A stretch of DNA of 64,000 nt from Octopus sinensis. Lineage: Eukaryota. Below the pieces are notes generated by a model. The model did not search any database, had not been told where the DNA came from, and was given only the letters and a program-made list of their open reading frames with translations. The stretch spans positions 48,360,001 to 48,424,000 of the forward strand of contig NC_043009.1 in NCBI RefSeq assembly GCF_006345805.1. Reading direction: 5' to 3'. Positions 14,401-26,826 of the stretch are shown here, piece by piece; positions within the stretch are counted from its first letter, which is position 1; each line of letters opens with the position of its first letter. The translations under genes and the position numbers were made by a program.

Positions 14401-14804
14401 CAGACATGCACGCATTTCACTGCATTACATTACAGCGAATTCTAAAGACAAATGTATAGAATATAAGAACAGAATATGTTCCGTTTATTGGCCGGGATAG
14501 TAAGCATGATGCACTTATATCCTAACATCGTGTTTGACCATTCCTCTGGATCAATAAGTCGATAATGTGGCTCCTGATATGAAATCTCCGAGGGATTCTG
14601 AGACAACTGTATTTCCTTTGTGGTGCCATGAAAGTGAAAGTCTAAATCGATGATAGGATATAAAAAAAAAAATATTTACAGCCTTATATCATTTCAAACA
14701 TTTCTCGGTCTCCATTTCTCAGCTCAAAATGTAACAAGGACAATCGCTAATGAAAACGATCCCGTACGAGTTTTATTATTATTATTATTACTACTATTAT
14801 TACT

Positions 14805-15005
14805 AAGGCATTGAACTGGCAGAATCGTTAAGACGTTGAACGAAATTCTTAGCAGCATTTCGTTCTGAGTTCAAATTCCCCTGAGGTCGACTTTGCATTT
14901 AATCCTTTCGGGGTCGATAAATTAAGTACCAGTTGAGTACTGAGGTTGATGTAATCGACTAGTCAACTACCCTGAAATTTCAGGCCTTTTGCCTATAGTA
15001 GAAAG
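14805..15005 (+). mobile_element. SINE family B copy
   Basis: aaggcattgaactggcagaatcgttaag...ctgagttcaaattccc...gtcgactttgc...aggccttttgcctatagtagaaaggattatt. Confidence 0.85.
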
Positions 15006-15034
15006 GATTATTGTTATTGCTATTATTATTATTA

Positions 15035-15760
15035 GGCGGCGTATTAGTAGAAACGTTAGCACGCCGGGCGAAATACTTAACGGTATTTCGTCTGTCGCTA
15101 CGTTCTGAGTTCAAATTCCGCCGAGGTCGACTTTGCCTGTCATCCTTTCGGGGTCGATAAATAAAGTACCAGTTACGCACTGGGGTCGATATAATCGACT
15201 TAATCCGTTTGTCTGTCCTTGTTTGTCCTCTCTGTGTTTAGCCCCTTGTGGGTAGTAAAGAAATAGGTATTTCGTTTGCTTCTACGTTCTGAGTTCAAAT
15301 TCCGCCGAAGTCGACTTTGCCTTTCATCCTTTCGATTTCGATTAAATCAGTACCAGCTACACACTGGGGTCGATATAATCGACTTAATCCGTTTGTCTGT
15401 CCTTGTTTATCCTCTCTATGTTTAGCCCCTTGTGGGTAGTAAAGAAATAGGTATTTCGTCTGCTTCTACGTTCTGAGTTCAAATTCCGCCGAGGTCGACT
15501 TTGCCTTTCATCCTTTCGATTTCGATTAAATCAGTACCAGTTACGCACTGGGGTCGATGTCATCGACTTAATCCGTTTGTCTGTCCTTGTTTATCTACTC
15601 TGTATGTAGCCCCTTGTGGGCAGTAAAGAAATAAGCATTTCTACGTTCTGAGTTCATATTCTGCAGAGTCCGACTTTGCCTTTCATCCATTCGGGAACAA
15701 AACACTGGGGCTGATGTATTCGCACACTCCCCTCCCCATAGATTTTAGGCCTTGAAAATA
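15035..15760 (+). repeat. SINE family B-derived tandem array, about 4 x 184 bp, head only on the first unit
   Basis: Unit anchor at 15082, 15266, 15450 and 15634. Confidence 0.92.
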
Positions 15761-15789
15761 GTTACAATAATAAAAATCCTTCGTGCTAA

Positions 15790-15957
15790 ATGCACAAAGC
15801 CTGAAATCTTTGGGGAGGTGACTAGTCAATCACTCCGACTTCAGTGTGTCACTACGACTTAATTTATCAACTCCGAAAGGATGAAAAGCGGCGGAATTGG
15901 GAATTAGAACGTAACATTTCGTCCAGCGTGCTAACGATTCTGCCAGCTCGCCGCCTT
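15790..15957 (-). mobile_element. SINE family B copy, decayed, inverted relative to the adjacent array
   Basis: ccgaaaggatgaaaagcggcggaattg...gcgtgctaacgattctgccagctcgccgcc. Confidence 0.8.
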
Positions 15958-17203
15958 AAATAATAATAATGCTATATATATGCTATATTTAATGCTATAT
16001 TTATTAATCCCGATGATTAACACATCAGGGGACCATTATTTTGCAATGGACTTAAGTTCATTCATTTGTATTAGTACGTACGCACGTATGTATGTATGTG
16101 TGCATGTATGTATGTATGTATGTAGGTAGGTAGGTAGGTAGGTACGTACGTACGTACGTACGTAGGTATGAATATATGTGTGTGTGTGTTTATACGGAGA
16201 AAGAGAGAAAGTGAAATGGTTCGATAAAAAAAATTTGGGACGTCGTCAATTGTCAAAAATTTAAAAGATGCAAAATGCACAGAAGTTTTATGTTGGACAC
16301 ACACACAGACACAGACACATACACACACACACTCACACACACACACGTATATATATATATATACATATAGTCCACTGCAAGGACATGTTCTCCTCTTAAA
16401 GGGATGAAATCATGCTAGTTATTCTGGTTTAATATCCTATATCTACGAGAAATATCATATTCAAGTGTGGAATATGATAAACAAGAAGATAGAGAGTATA
16501 TAGTTATGAATAAATTTCTTAACATATAGTTAATTAAAAATGTCCATAATTATTTCAATTTTACTCAATACGAATTACAAATTTATAAATAAAATAAAAT
16601 TTGCATCTATAATATTATACAAGTAAAATCTCATCAGGGCTAATTAGCATAAAGGGATTACATGTTGATAGGTTGAGATTTTAAAACAGACTGATTAATC
16701 GAAGATAGCTTAAAAGGCATAGTATCATAACGTTCAATCTAACATAATATAATATAATTTACTATACTTATTTATCGAATTTTATTGAATAATATTAAAC
16801 TATATTTTATTTTGTTTTATTGTACTTTCGAGATATGTATTAAGAGGAATGTTTACATGATATAACAGATTCTTGACTGTTATCAAGAAGTTTAAGTTTC
16901 GAAGTCAAGATTTGAGAGATTTCGCCAATGCATTGGTAAAAGACAGCGTCTTCTACCAATATTATAGGATTTAGCATAACTAATAATATTCCACTTAAGA
17001 TTATATTCCTTATTATTATCTTTTAGCCTCAAAATAATTTTTTAAAATTATTTTTTTTTTAAATGCTAAAGCGCACATGCAAAAATAAATAAACGAACTC
17101 GTTTATTCTTTCAAACACGCATTATCACACACACACACACACAAATACATTCACACACACACACACATACACACACACACACACACAAATACATTCACAC
17201 ACA

Positions 17204-17236
<33 letters not shown>

Positions 17237-17462
17237 GACAAACAAATTAGTAAAATCTATAGACATACACATTTACAACACATGTGTTGTTTTAGTTATC
17301 TTTATTCACGTTTTGTTTTATTTATTTCTTTTAGTAATTTTTTTATTATTATTTTATTATGAAATATATCAACACCCACACATTCATATAAACATATCTT
17401 CATTTAATCCGTCTGTTTTAAAAATTTCAACCTAACAACGTGTAATCTTTTTATGCTAAATA

Positions 17463-17566
17463 GCCCTGATGAGGTTTTACTAAAATAATATTCTAAATGC
17501 AAATTCTATTCTATTTTATTTATAAATTTGTAATCAGTATTGAATAAAATTGAAACAATTATAGGC
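17463..17566 (+). ncRNA. Degenerate minimal type I hammerhead ribozyme-like motif with long AT-rich stem II insert
   Basis: gcc-CTGATGA-ggtttt...aaaatt-GAAA-caatta-TA-ggc; one mismatch in the palindromic stem III (caattg expected). Confidence 0.45.
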
Positions 17567-17632
17567 AAATTTGATTAACTATATGTTAATAGATTAATTT
17601 ATATTTTTACACTTTCCACCTTCATCTTGTTG

Positions 17633-17666
<34 letters not shown>

Positions 17667-17702
17667 TATATTATATATATACATATACATATATAGACAT
17701 AT

Positions 17703-17752
<50 letters not shown>

Positions 17753-17989
17753 ATATATATATATGAAATAGAATATTTACATAGTCTAATTGTCGACCGG
17801 TTTCGGTTTTGCTAATTATGATTAATAAGTTAGTAATAATTTTACAATTTCACGGTGTCAAAAGGAGTTTTCACTTTGTGTAAGTAGGAGTAATGATATT
17901 TTGTATATGAATTTAGAGGCAAATAAATTTCAGAGGCTGTAATTAGTCATTGATATGATTAGCATTAGGGCAGGTAATTACACTTCTTT

Positions 17990-19700
17990 TGAAGCTGAAT
18001 GGATTATACGAACTAAGATATATACACAGTCCAAAATTTGTTATATGTTCGTATTCTGTCCGCGGTTGGTATGTTTCAATAAATGTAGTCTCTATTTAAC
18101 CATTGTTGTACAGGAGGTTTTAGATTGCATTGGTAAATGGTGTAATTTTGAAACTGGATTGAAGATCTTCTCACATCGTTCTATGCGCTTGTCTATATCA
18201 TGATGGGCCAGTTATAATGGGTCTGAATTTTAACTCTCGTGGAGACTGGACATTTTACAGACTTTTTTTTAATTATCTGGCTCTTGTGGATTTTTTGGCA
18301 AGCAGTATAAAATGCTAGGTTTACATTTAAATTTTTTTATATTACCGATTTCTTTGTCTGTCAAACCTTTTCCATGTTGGTGAAGTAAGGATGAAAGATT
18401 TTTCATTATTTTCCGTTGTTTATAATTTTCAACCTTCTCGTAAGCATGAACAGTTCAGTTTTTTATAATATTCTGTGTCCATCAGTACTACAGCTCTTCC
18501 TTTATCAGCTTCTTTGATTTTCATTTCTTTCTCATTTTGCAATTCAATTAAGATTTTCCATTCATTAGTGCTAATGTCTGAGTTAATTCTTTGTGTAAGG
18601 TATTATAAAGGAAATTCAGAAAGCGGCCACAAAAGTCATCGAGTATTTTATTCCTACATTCAGGCGGAAGATAATTGTTTGTGCTTTTAACAGGTGAATC
18701 ATCGCTTTTATTATAGTTAAGTAGTGCTCCTGTAAGTCGCAATTTTCTGCGAAAAATTCTGCAGTATTATTTTTAATTTCATTCTGATAAGATCTGTGTG
18801 TGTTTGGGGGCAAATTTTAAGCTTTTTGCTAGTATGTTGATATTTTTGATGTAGAAAACGTTTTCTTTGATAAATTTATGACTTCGAGTTTCTCCTGTAT
18901 GCTTTGTTCAAATATCTCTGTTTCTGTGGTCTAGGTCAAAAACCTTTGTTGTATTTACTTTGGCGTGGATTATTTTCTTACTAATTATACTGAAATCGTT
19001 AGAAACTTGTGCTGTCTCAGCATATTAGGTGCATTTGCGTGTTTCGAGTTCCTTAAATATATTTCCTTGAGTCTTTCTCACTGCTTGAGGAAAATTGATA
19101 TTCCTACTTCTGGAATGATTCCTTCTAGTCTTCCTAATTTGTGAATCGTTCTTATTTCTTCTTTTGAGAGTGATTTACTTGTACTTCCAAGTGTGAAATT
19201 GGTTTTGTGTGGTTATGTTCTTTTAAATTTCTATAGTTTGACCCAATTGGCTGTTTAGTCATTTTTGTATAGGCTTTCATTCTGGTTTTCTTCGAAAGAG
19301 GATTACCGTAACTGCATTCTATTTTGAACTGGGTTTCATAATAATGGAACAAAATTGCCATTTTTTCCCAACCTTGAAGGAATATATTTTTTCAGATTCA
19401 CAAGTTACTCTCCAAAATTTGAGAACACTTTCTTAAGATGTCCATCAGCAAGTTTAATGAGCATGTTTAATGCATTTCTTCTTCAATGGATTTATATTTT
19501 TGCTCGTTGATTGATGTTCTTAGATTAAGTAATTCGATTTCCATTTTCATTTTCTCTAACGCAATTTTTTTTCTGTAGGTGTCTTAAGCATGTTCCAAAA
19601 TGCAAACTTTGCAGCGTATAAATTTTTGTTCCAAATATAGCTAATGTGGCTCTAAGTTAAATATATTGATGCTGGTTGCTGGTATATTTTCATCATGTGT
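17990..19700 (-). mobile_element. Decayed Penelope-like retroelement (N-terminal domain and start of RT)
   Basis: Motifs in the expected order on the minus strand, with frameshifts and stops: EVINLSKK/NILAKSLKFAPK (~18880-18805), FRRKLRL...NYLPPECRNKILDDF (~18750-18630), KIKEADKGRAVVLMDTEYY (~18520-18466), IFYT..KIHKSQI, LKFRPIITGP (~18230-18200). Upstream limit near 19700 uncertain. Confidence 0.85.
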
Positions 19701-19719
19701 TTCGGTTTTGGGAGACTTT

Positions 19720-20302
19720 TCAAGTTTGTTTACAAAATTCGAATGTAATGCTGCGCAAAATTGTTCCCGATTTTGACCAACCTGTCCTTGGAGTGTCTTC
19801 CTTCGTTACTTCCCTTTGTTTCTCGGATACAGCTATTTAATTAATTGATCTGGACTGTATGCAATGTGTTCCAGCAACTTGAAGCCCAATTTTTCAATGC
19901 CTTCAATGTGGCAGCCATACATCGAGTTGCATTGCCGTGCACCAATAACACTTGAGTTGACAGCAGACCGCAGCGTTTAGTGCGAATTTCTGGGATCATT
20001 TCTACGGATCAGGGCGCTCTCGCTGCATTGTAGTGAAAACCTGCGGTAAATGTCAGCCCTCAACACACCTTTAGACGAAAGAAATCGGATTACAAAGCTC
20101 TGTTCTTCTTTGGTGCACTCGGCCAGCGGTGCAGCTATGTTTATTCTGTAGCACAATAAAGAAAACTGGAATGATCAAGGTCAAACCCCGGTTACGTTAT
20201 CACAAGAGTACAACCTTTTAACATGCGAGCGCTGAAGGCAGTGCGGCCAATCAAAGGATAATTTTCACAGAAGTGCGGAAATTTTTTTTACTTTCCTTTG
20301 TA
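19720..20302 (-). mobile_element. Internally deleted mariner element
   Basis: Minus strand encodes IAAPLAECTKEEQSFVIRFLSSKGVLRADIYRR (N-terminal HTH) joined to EIRTKRCGLLSTQVLLVHGNATR and GFKLLEHIAYSPD (decayed HDNARPH and HPAYSPDL motifs). TIR-like end tacaaaggaaagtaaaaaaaatttccgcac at 20302; the other end is uncertain. Confidence 0.85.
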
Positions 20303-20371
<69 letters not shown>

Positions 20372-20585
20372 CTGTCTATGTGTGCGTTTACACGAGAGAG
20401 TTTTTGTGCATGTATGAGTATTTGAAAGTAGACTGATATATAAAAGACATGTATTATGCCTATAACAAATGGAGTGTTATTTGGTTATTTCAAGACAAGT
20501 CATATGTCAATATTTTTGTGACATGTTTCTTTTAATCTCACCATCTCTCTCTATTTACCTTACTCTCTCTCCCTCCTCTCTCTCC

Positions 20586-20632
<47 letters not shown>

Positions 20633-21539
20633 GATATTTATTTATTCATTTACACATCTCTCTTTCTCACTCTCTCACACACTATACCTACTCCGAATTC
20701 AGTTTTATATTCTACCGCAATAATTCTTATATTACATTCTCTAATTATCTGTAACGCTCCTCGTCTGTGTGCCTGTATGTCTGCCTTTATATGTATATAG
20801 ACATATATACATACATATATACAAAGCTATATATATATATATATGGTGAGCGGGTGAATAACCTAGAGCAAGTAGCTATCTAGATAGGTAGATAGATATA
20901 TAGATAGATAGATAAATAGATAGATAGATAGATTAGATAAATAGATAGATAGATAGATAAAGAGAGAGGGAGAGAGAGAGAGAGAGATAACCAACCCTTA
21001 ACTCTTATTGCTATCGTATACATTTTATCTTCTAATTCTTGCCTCTTATCTCACTCTAACATTTCTTACTCTCTCTCCCTCTCTCTCTGATTCTCACGTT
21101 CGATTTGTCATACGTACCAGACACTTTTCCTTCCTTCCCGCCCTCTCTTTCTGTTCCTCTGTCTCTCTCTGTCTCGCACTCTCTCTCAATCTTCTATGTC
21201 ACATCAAATTATTCACACTCTCTCTGATGTAATGCATTGCTCCTTTCACTTTCTCTCTCTCTCACTCTCTCTCTCCCTCGCTTTTTCTCTCTCACCATCG
21301 GTGTACCTACCCATGCCTGGGGGAGGCCTCAGCTGATTAGGCAATGACCAAACTTCAAAGGTGACATAATTTGATGTCTGTGAGAGGAGGACTGTGAAGC
21401 TAGTTATTAGGGAAACCAATTGGGAGAGGGAAGGGCTGAACGGGCAGGTGGAGAGAGCGATGACGGTGGCTAGGAATCGATCTAGAGTCATGCTATATAG
21501 CCCAGAGATTATACCACTTATCACACAAAACACACACAG

Positions 21540-21567
21540 ACTTATATACATATACATACACACATGC

Positions 21568-21600
<33 letters not shown>

Positions 21601-21664
21601 CACAAGCATGTATCTGTCTGTGTTCTTTTCGTGTGATAAGTGGTTCAATATATTATATACATTA

Positions 21665-21699
<35 letters not shown>

Positions 21700-21715
21700 T
21701 ATATACACGTGTATG

Positions 21716-21752
<37 letters not shown>

Positions 21753-21753
21753 G

Positions 21754-21784
<31 letters not shown>

Positions 21785-21806
21785 GTATGATTTTGCATTA
21801 TATATA

Positions 21807-21842
<36 letters not shown>

Positions 21843-22157
21843 TGTATGTATGTATCAATGTACGCATGTATATATCAGGCATTTATATATAATGAATCAA
21901 GCTCAGAGAGAGATGAAGATAGATATACGGCACTTTAGATTAGTTTATACTTACGAGTATGAGCGTGTGCAACAAACTGATGTACATGCATATATTCACA
22001 CGCTTAGACTTACACACATGTATATGTACATATATATATATATAGATGTGTATATATATATATATATATTATATATATATATGTATAATATATATATATA
22101 TTGTATATTATATATGTATAATATATATATATATAATATATATATATATAATATATA

Positions 22158-22195
<38 letters not shown>

Positions 22196-22200
22196 CACAT
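21540..22200. repeat. Compound (TA)n/(TATG)n microsatellite field
   Basis: Direct reading; explains ORFs 21564-22485. Confidence 0.9.
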
Positions 22201-23204
22201 ATAGAATCGACTCATGCGTGCATACTCGCATGAACCTACTTGAGCGTGTTTTTGTGGGAATATATGTATTTCCTGTTTGGGTGTATACAGATATGCATTT
22301 GCGCGTATATATATACACAAGTACCATATATAACATATAATATATATATGTTGACGCACAGACACATATATATATAAACGATTGTATGTACATATACGTG
22401 AGTATGTTTGGATGGATGGCTGCATGTATTTATAGAAGTTTGGCATTTTCGGTTTGTGTTTTATGGTATGCATGCATATATCCACGCATGCGTACAGACA
22501 TGCACAATGTATACACGTGCATGCAACACAGTATACGCATGCATTTTCATACCTTAATCTACCGGACTCATTTCCGCAAACAAGTCACAAGGTATACTTC
22601 GTTACTTGTTCGCACTACCACATACTTATAACCACAGAAATGCATACAAGCAAGGTCACGCATACACGCACACAGACAAGCACACGCACACACATGCACA
22701 CACAGGCACACACACACACATTCACACACATATATAACCGTATAACTACATACGCTCACGTACGTATGTTCAATGTCATAATCTTTATTTCAATCTCTAT
22801 ATCTATATACCTATGTATCATCCTACACTATACATGTGTCAGTCTGTCTAATGTCACTCACTTTACTTCTTTTTCTACATGTCTCTCCTTTCCTGTCTCT
22901 CCTTCTATCTCTCTCGCTATCCCTCCCTCCCCCGCTCTCTCTTTATCTTACTTTCTCCCTCTCTCTGTTCATCATCAAAGCTACTGGACGATTATGAAAC
23001 CTCTTATCATTCGAGAAAAACCGTCTTCAAACATGTTGACCATAATGCTTAGAGAACTACTGGCAATTTGTATACAACCAGCAGTTATGATGATGAGAGC
23101 ATATTTGCCAAAGATAAGAACGTATTTGCCTTATTACAACACGCTAGAAACAGCAACCACTTCCTCTCGAGACCCAACCTACTGAATATAGTTCCTAACA
23201 AAAA

Positions 23205-23385
23205 GGAGCATTCAGGTAAACGAACAGAATCGTTACCGAGAGGGGCAAAATGCTTTTCGGCATTTTGACCGCCTTTACGTTCTGAGTTCTGCCGAGGTCG
23301 ACTTTTATTCATTCGTGAACAATAAAATAAATATCATTTTTTACACTATATCCCTCTCCCGGAATTGTTGGCCTCGTACCAACGT
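23205..23385 (+). mobile_element. SINE family B copy, decayed
   Basis: acagaatcgttaccgagaggggcaaaatgc...tttacgttctgagttctgccgaggtcgac. Confidence 0.7.
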
Positions 23386-23602
23386 ATGATATCGAGATAA
23401 GGGCATGTTGCTTAATACACCTGCTTTAGATATACAAGAGACACAATGCTCACGGCTGGAATGTCCTTCAATCGTTGTTATGATTCATTAGATTCGAACT
23501 GCTTCTAAGCAATTAAAACAACAGCAACAAAAAGCAGAAGCGTTTGTTGCTATTGTCTTCTTCTTCTTCTTCTTCTTCTTCTTCTTCTTCTTCTTCTTCT
23601 TC

Positions 23603-24117
23603 TAGGATTATTCTTTGCAAACCTGGTACTTATTCTCTCAGTCTCTTTTGCAGAACCGCTATTTTACGGAACCGTAAAGACACCAGCACCTTGTCAAGCG
23701 ACGGGGTGGGAAGGAACAAACACAAACCCACGAACACAAAGATATATATATATATATTTCTCTCCTTGTTTCTCTCCTTGTTTTTTTCTGTGTGTCTTTC
23801 TGTGGAAGAGCATAGGCTCGAAACGTAAAAGACTTTTTCTATTCCTGACCGCTATACTAATACATTTGTTTCTTTGTACACCACCTGCCTTCGTATTTTG
23901 TTTATTTTCATAAACTTTCTCTTTATACATATATATATATATTTACCATAGGCTACTTCCAGTTTCCCTCAACCAAATCCATTCACAAGTCTGTGGCAGG
24001 CTGTTGGCCAGAGGCTATAGTAGAAGATATCTTCCCAAGATGCCATGCAGTTGGTTTGAACCCGGAACTATGTGGTTGGGAAGCAAGCTTGTTACCACAG
24101 AGCTACTCCTGCGCCTG
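23603..24117 (-). mobile_element. SINE family A interrupted by a short hammerhead-bearing repeat
   Basis: Tail 23603-23742 and head 23945-24117 are family A; 23745-23930 is an unrelated repeat also seen, inverted, at 49435-49570. Confidence 0.75.
23794..23833 (+). ncRNA. Minimal type I hammerhead ribozyme-like motif (core variant CUGUGGA)
   Basis: GTCTTT-CTGTGGA-A-GAGC atag GCTC-GAAA-CG-TA-AAAGAC: perfect 6-bp stem I, 4-bp stem II, palindromic ACGT stem III, GUA triplet. Confidence 0.6.
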
Positions 24118-24366
24118 TAATTATATATGTATATATAAAGTAACAAACTGAGGAAAAAAATTCCTTCAAAGGGGTGTGTAAAACATTCAATTCATTGGTA
24201 AGTCAGTTGAATACCACATAGATATGGGTATAATTCAAATTACAAACAATAAATTAAACAGAGAGATACAATTGACAATCCAATAATTTATTTATATTAT
24301 GATATAACATAATATACTATGAATATAATATAACATAACATAAACTATTATTAAGAAAAACAAAAA

Positions 24367-24428
24367 AGCCAACAATTTGTTTCGAAATATTAACAATTCA
24401 ATTCCCTTATATAAGCCTCATCAGAGCC
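24367..24428 (-). ncRNA. Degenerate minimal hammerhead ribozyme-like motif
   Basis: Minus strand ggct-CTGATGA-gg...tc-GAAA-caaattg-TT-ggct; stems I and II weak. Confidence 0.4.
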
Positions 24429-25868
24429 AATTGTTTGAAGATAAACGAAATTCCGCGCGAAAGGAGGGCTGGATTGTAAAAGAAACTAATTCAAATGCCT
24501 ATGTATTATGAGCGTGAGCGTTAGCCATTCAAGTACACATTAATTACAATTAAAAACAAAATTATAACGGACAAAATAATTAAGTTGAATCTACAGCTAT
24601 CGAAATATATCTCTATATATCTCAAATAATATTAAACTAAACTCGTTTATGTCGAAGAAAATCTTTCGCTATTATAATAACACAACAATAATATATATGT
24701 ATATAGTTAAGTATCAGGGTCTTACTTAGTCTAGAAACTGTAATAAAACCTGTAAAAATATAAATGATAATTATATTTTTAATATATAATGACTCTTCTA
24801 TTTATTTAAATATATTGATATGAAAAAGATTGTTTAAAAAGTAACTAATAAAAATTGTTCGTTATTTATTGTGTATCGGTATGAGTGTATATAAAATAGG
24901 TATGTGTCTGTGTGCAAGCATATATGTATATCTTAAGTTTTGTCATTTTAATCTATATAATAATGTTGAATTTGGAAACTTAATTTTTTAGTGGATTAAT
25001 TCAGAATTCTCAGTCTTATTAGTGCATCTCCTTGTAGTTACTGTAGAATACATAATTATATTGGTAATTAAATATTAATTACATATTACTTATAAGATGT
25101 CTTCATTATATTAAATAATTAAATGTATGAATACCTGCATTTGATTTATTAATTAATTGATGATAATTATAACAACAAAAATAATAATGATAATAATAAT
25201 AAATAAATAGTTTTATTTGACTAATTAAGTTTAATCACCACAATAATTATTATCATGGTATTGTATAGTTTATAATTTGTATTCTTATTACAACAATATT
25301 ATTTTGTTATTTATGAAAGAATTAATAAAATTTGGATATTTACTATATATAGTCATTTAATTAAAAAAAATAAGAATATTAATTATATTTATCGAGGACC
25401 AATTCTCAATCCTAGATTTTGTTTATCTTCCTCAATTATCATTTACTGAGTTCTCTCTTCCATAATATACGAATATTAATCGCTATGTAAGTAACTTAAA
25501 ATCTGGTTACTTCTAAAAAACTAGTATTATTTTCATATCCATTGTTATAGCCGAACTCTATATCTTTGGGTTATAGTATTTGTAGCTCTAAATTTATTAT
25601 TACGGAATTCTCCCTCCGATAAGCAATGAATGAAGAAAAATTTTTATTAGTTACTTTAAACAATCTTTTTTTTATATCAATAACTTTAATAAATACAAGA
25701 GTTATAATATATTAAAAATATAATTATCATTTATATTTTTTGCTATTTCTTTCCTATTCGCAGGAAACTAATAGTAAAAAGGATGTAGGTGCATTATTTA
25801 CTTTATTTACGCTTGACGGATTTACATTATTTACATTTGACGGATATTTGTCTCACCTTCTTGTTGTT

Positions 25869-25914
25869 AACACAACGCTTCGGCTGATATACCCTCTAGC
25901 CTTCTTCAGGTGTC
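25869..25914 (-). ncRNA. Minimal type I hammerhead ribozyme-like motif, GAAA mutated to GAAG (copy 1)
   Basis: GACAC-CTGAAGA-A-GGCT agagggtatatc AGCC-GAAG-CG-TT-GTGTT. Confidence 0.6.
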
Positions 25915-26089
25915 TTTCCCCAAGACACATGAAGAGCGCGGGCATCTAATCCCAAGATTCCGAGTTCGATTCTAACCAGTGACCTGAACAATAATAATAA
26001 TAACAATAACAACAACAACAATAATAATAATAATAATAATAGTAATGATGATGATGATGATGATGATGATGATAATAATAATAATAATA

Positions 26090-26121
<32 letters not shown>

Positions 26122-26780
26122 GTTTTATTTGACTAATTAAGTTTAATCACCACAATAATTATTATCATGGTATTGTATAGTTTATAATTTGTATTCTTAT
26201 TACAACAATATTATTTTGTTATTTATGAAAGAATTAATAAAATTTGGATATTTACTATATATAGTCATTTAATTAAAAAAAATAAGAATATTAATTATAT
26301 TTATCGAGGACCAATTCTCAATCCTAGATTTTGTTTATCTTCCTCAATTATCATTTACTGAGTTCTCTCTTCCATAATATACGAATATTAATCGCTATGT
26401 AAGTAACTTAAAATCTGGTTACTTCTAAAAACTAGTATTATTTTCATATCCATTGTTATAAGCCGAACTCTATATCTTGGGGTTATAGTATTTGTAGCTC
26501 TAAATTTATTATTACGGAATTCTCCCTCCGATAAGCAATGAATGAAGAAAAATTTTATTAGTTACTTTAAACAATCTTTTTTTATATCAATAACTTTAAT
26601 AAATACAAGAGTTATAATATATTAAAAATATAATTATCATTTATATTTTTTGCTATTTCTTTCCTATTCGCAGGAAACTAATAGTAAAAAGGATGTAGGT
26701 GCATTATTTACTTTATTTACGCTTGACGGATTTACATTATTTACATTTGACGGATATTTGTCCTCACCTTCTTTGTTGTT

Positions 26781-26826
26781 AACACAACGCTTCGGCTGAT
26801 ATACCCTCTAGCCTTCTTCAGGTGTC
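26781..26826 (-). ncRNA. Minimal type I hammerhead ribozyme-like motif, GAAA mutated to GAAG (copy 2)
   Basis: Identical to 25869-25914, 912 bp away in the duplicated unit. Confidence 0.6.

Noticed and set aside
21246-21605. ORF containing MTLDRFLATV, reminiscent of the GPCR TM3 DRY/DRF motif
   Set aside because: Starts and ends in microsatellite, no further transmembrane or GPCR motifs in register; likely chance.
22454-23185. 243-aa ORF, the longest in the track, with YWTIMKPL near a pyrimidine tract
   Set aside because: First two thirds are CA/CT low-complexity; the unique 3' part matches no family I recognise. BLASTx and RNA-seq would be needed to revive it.
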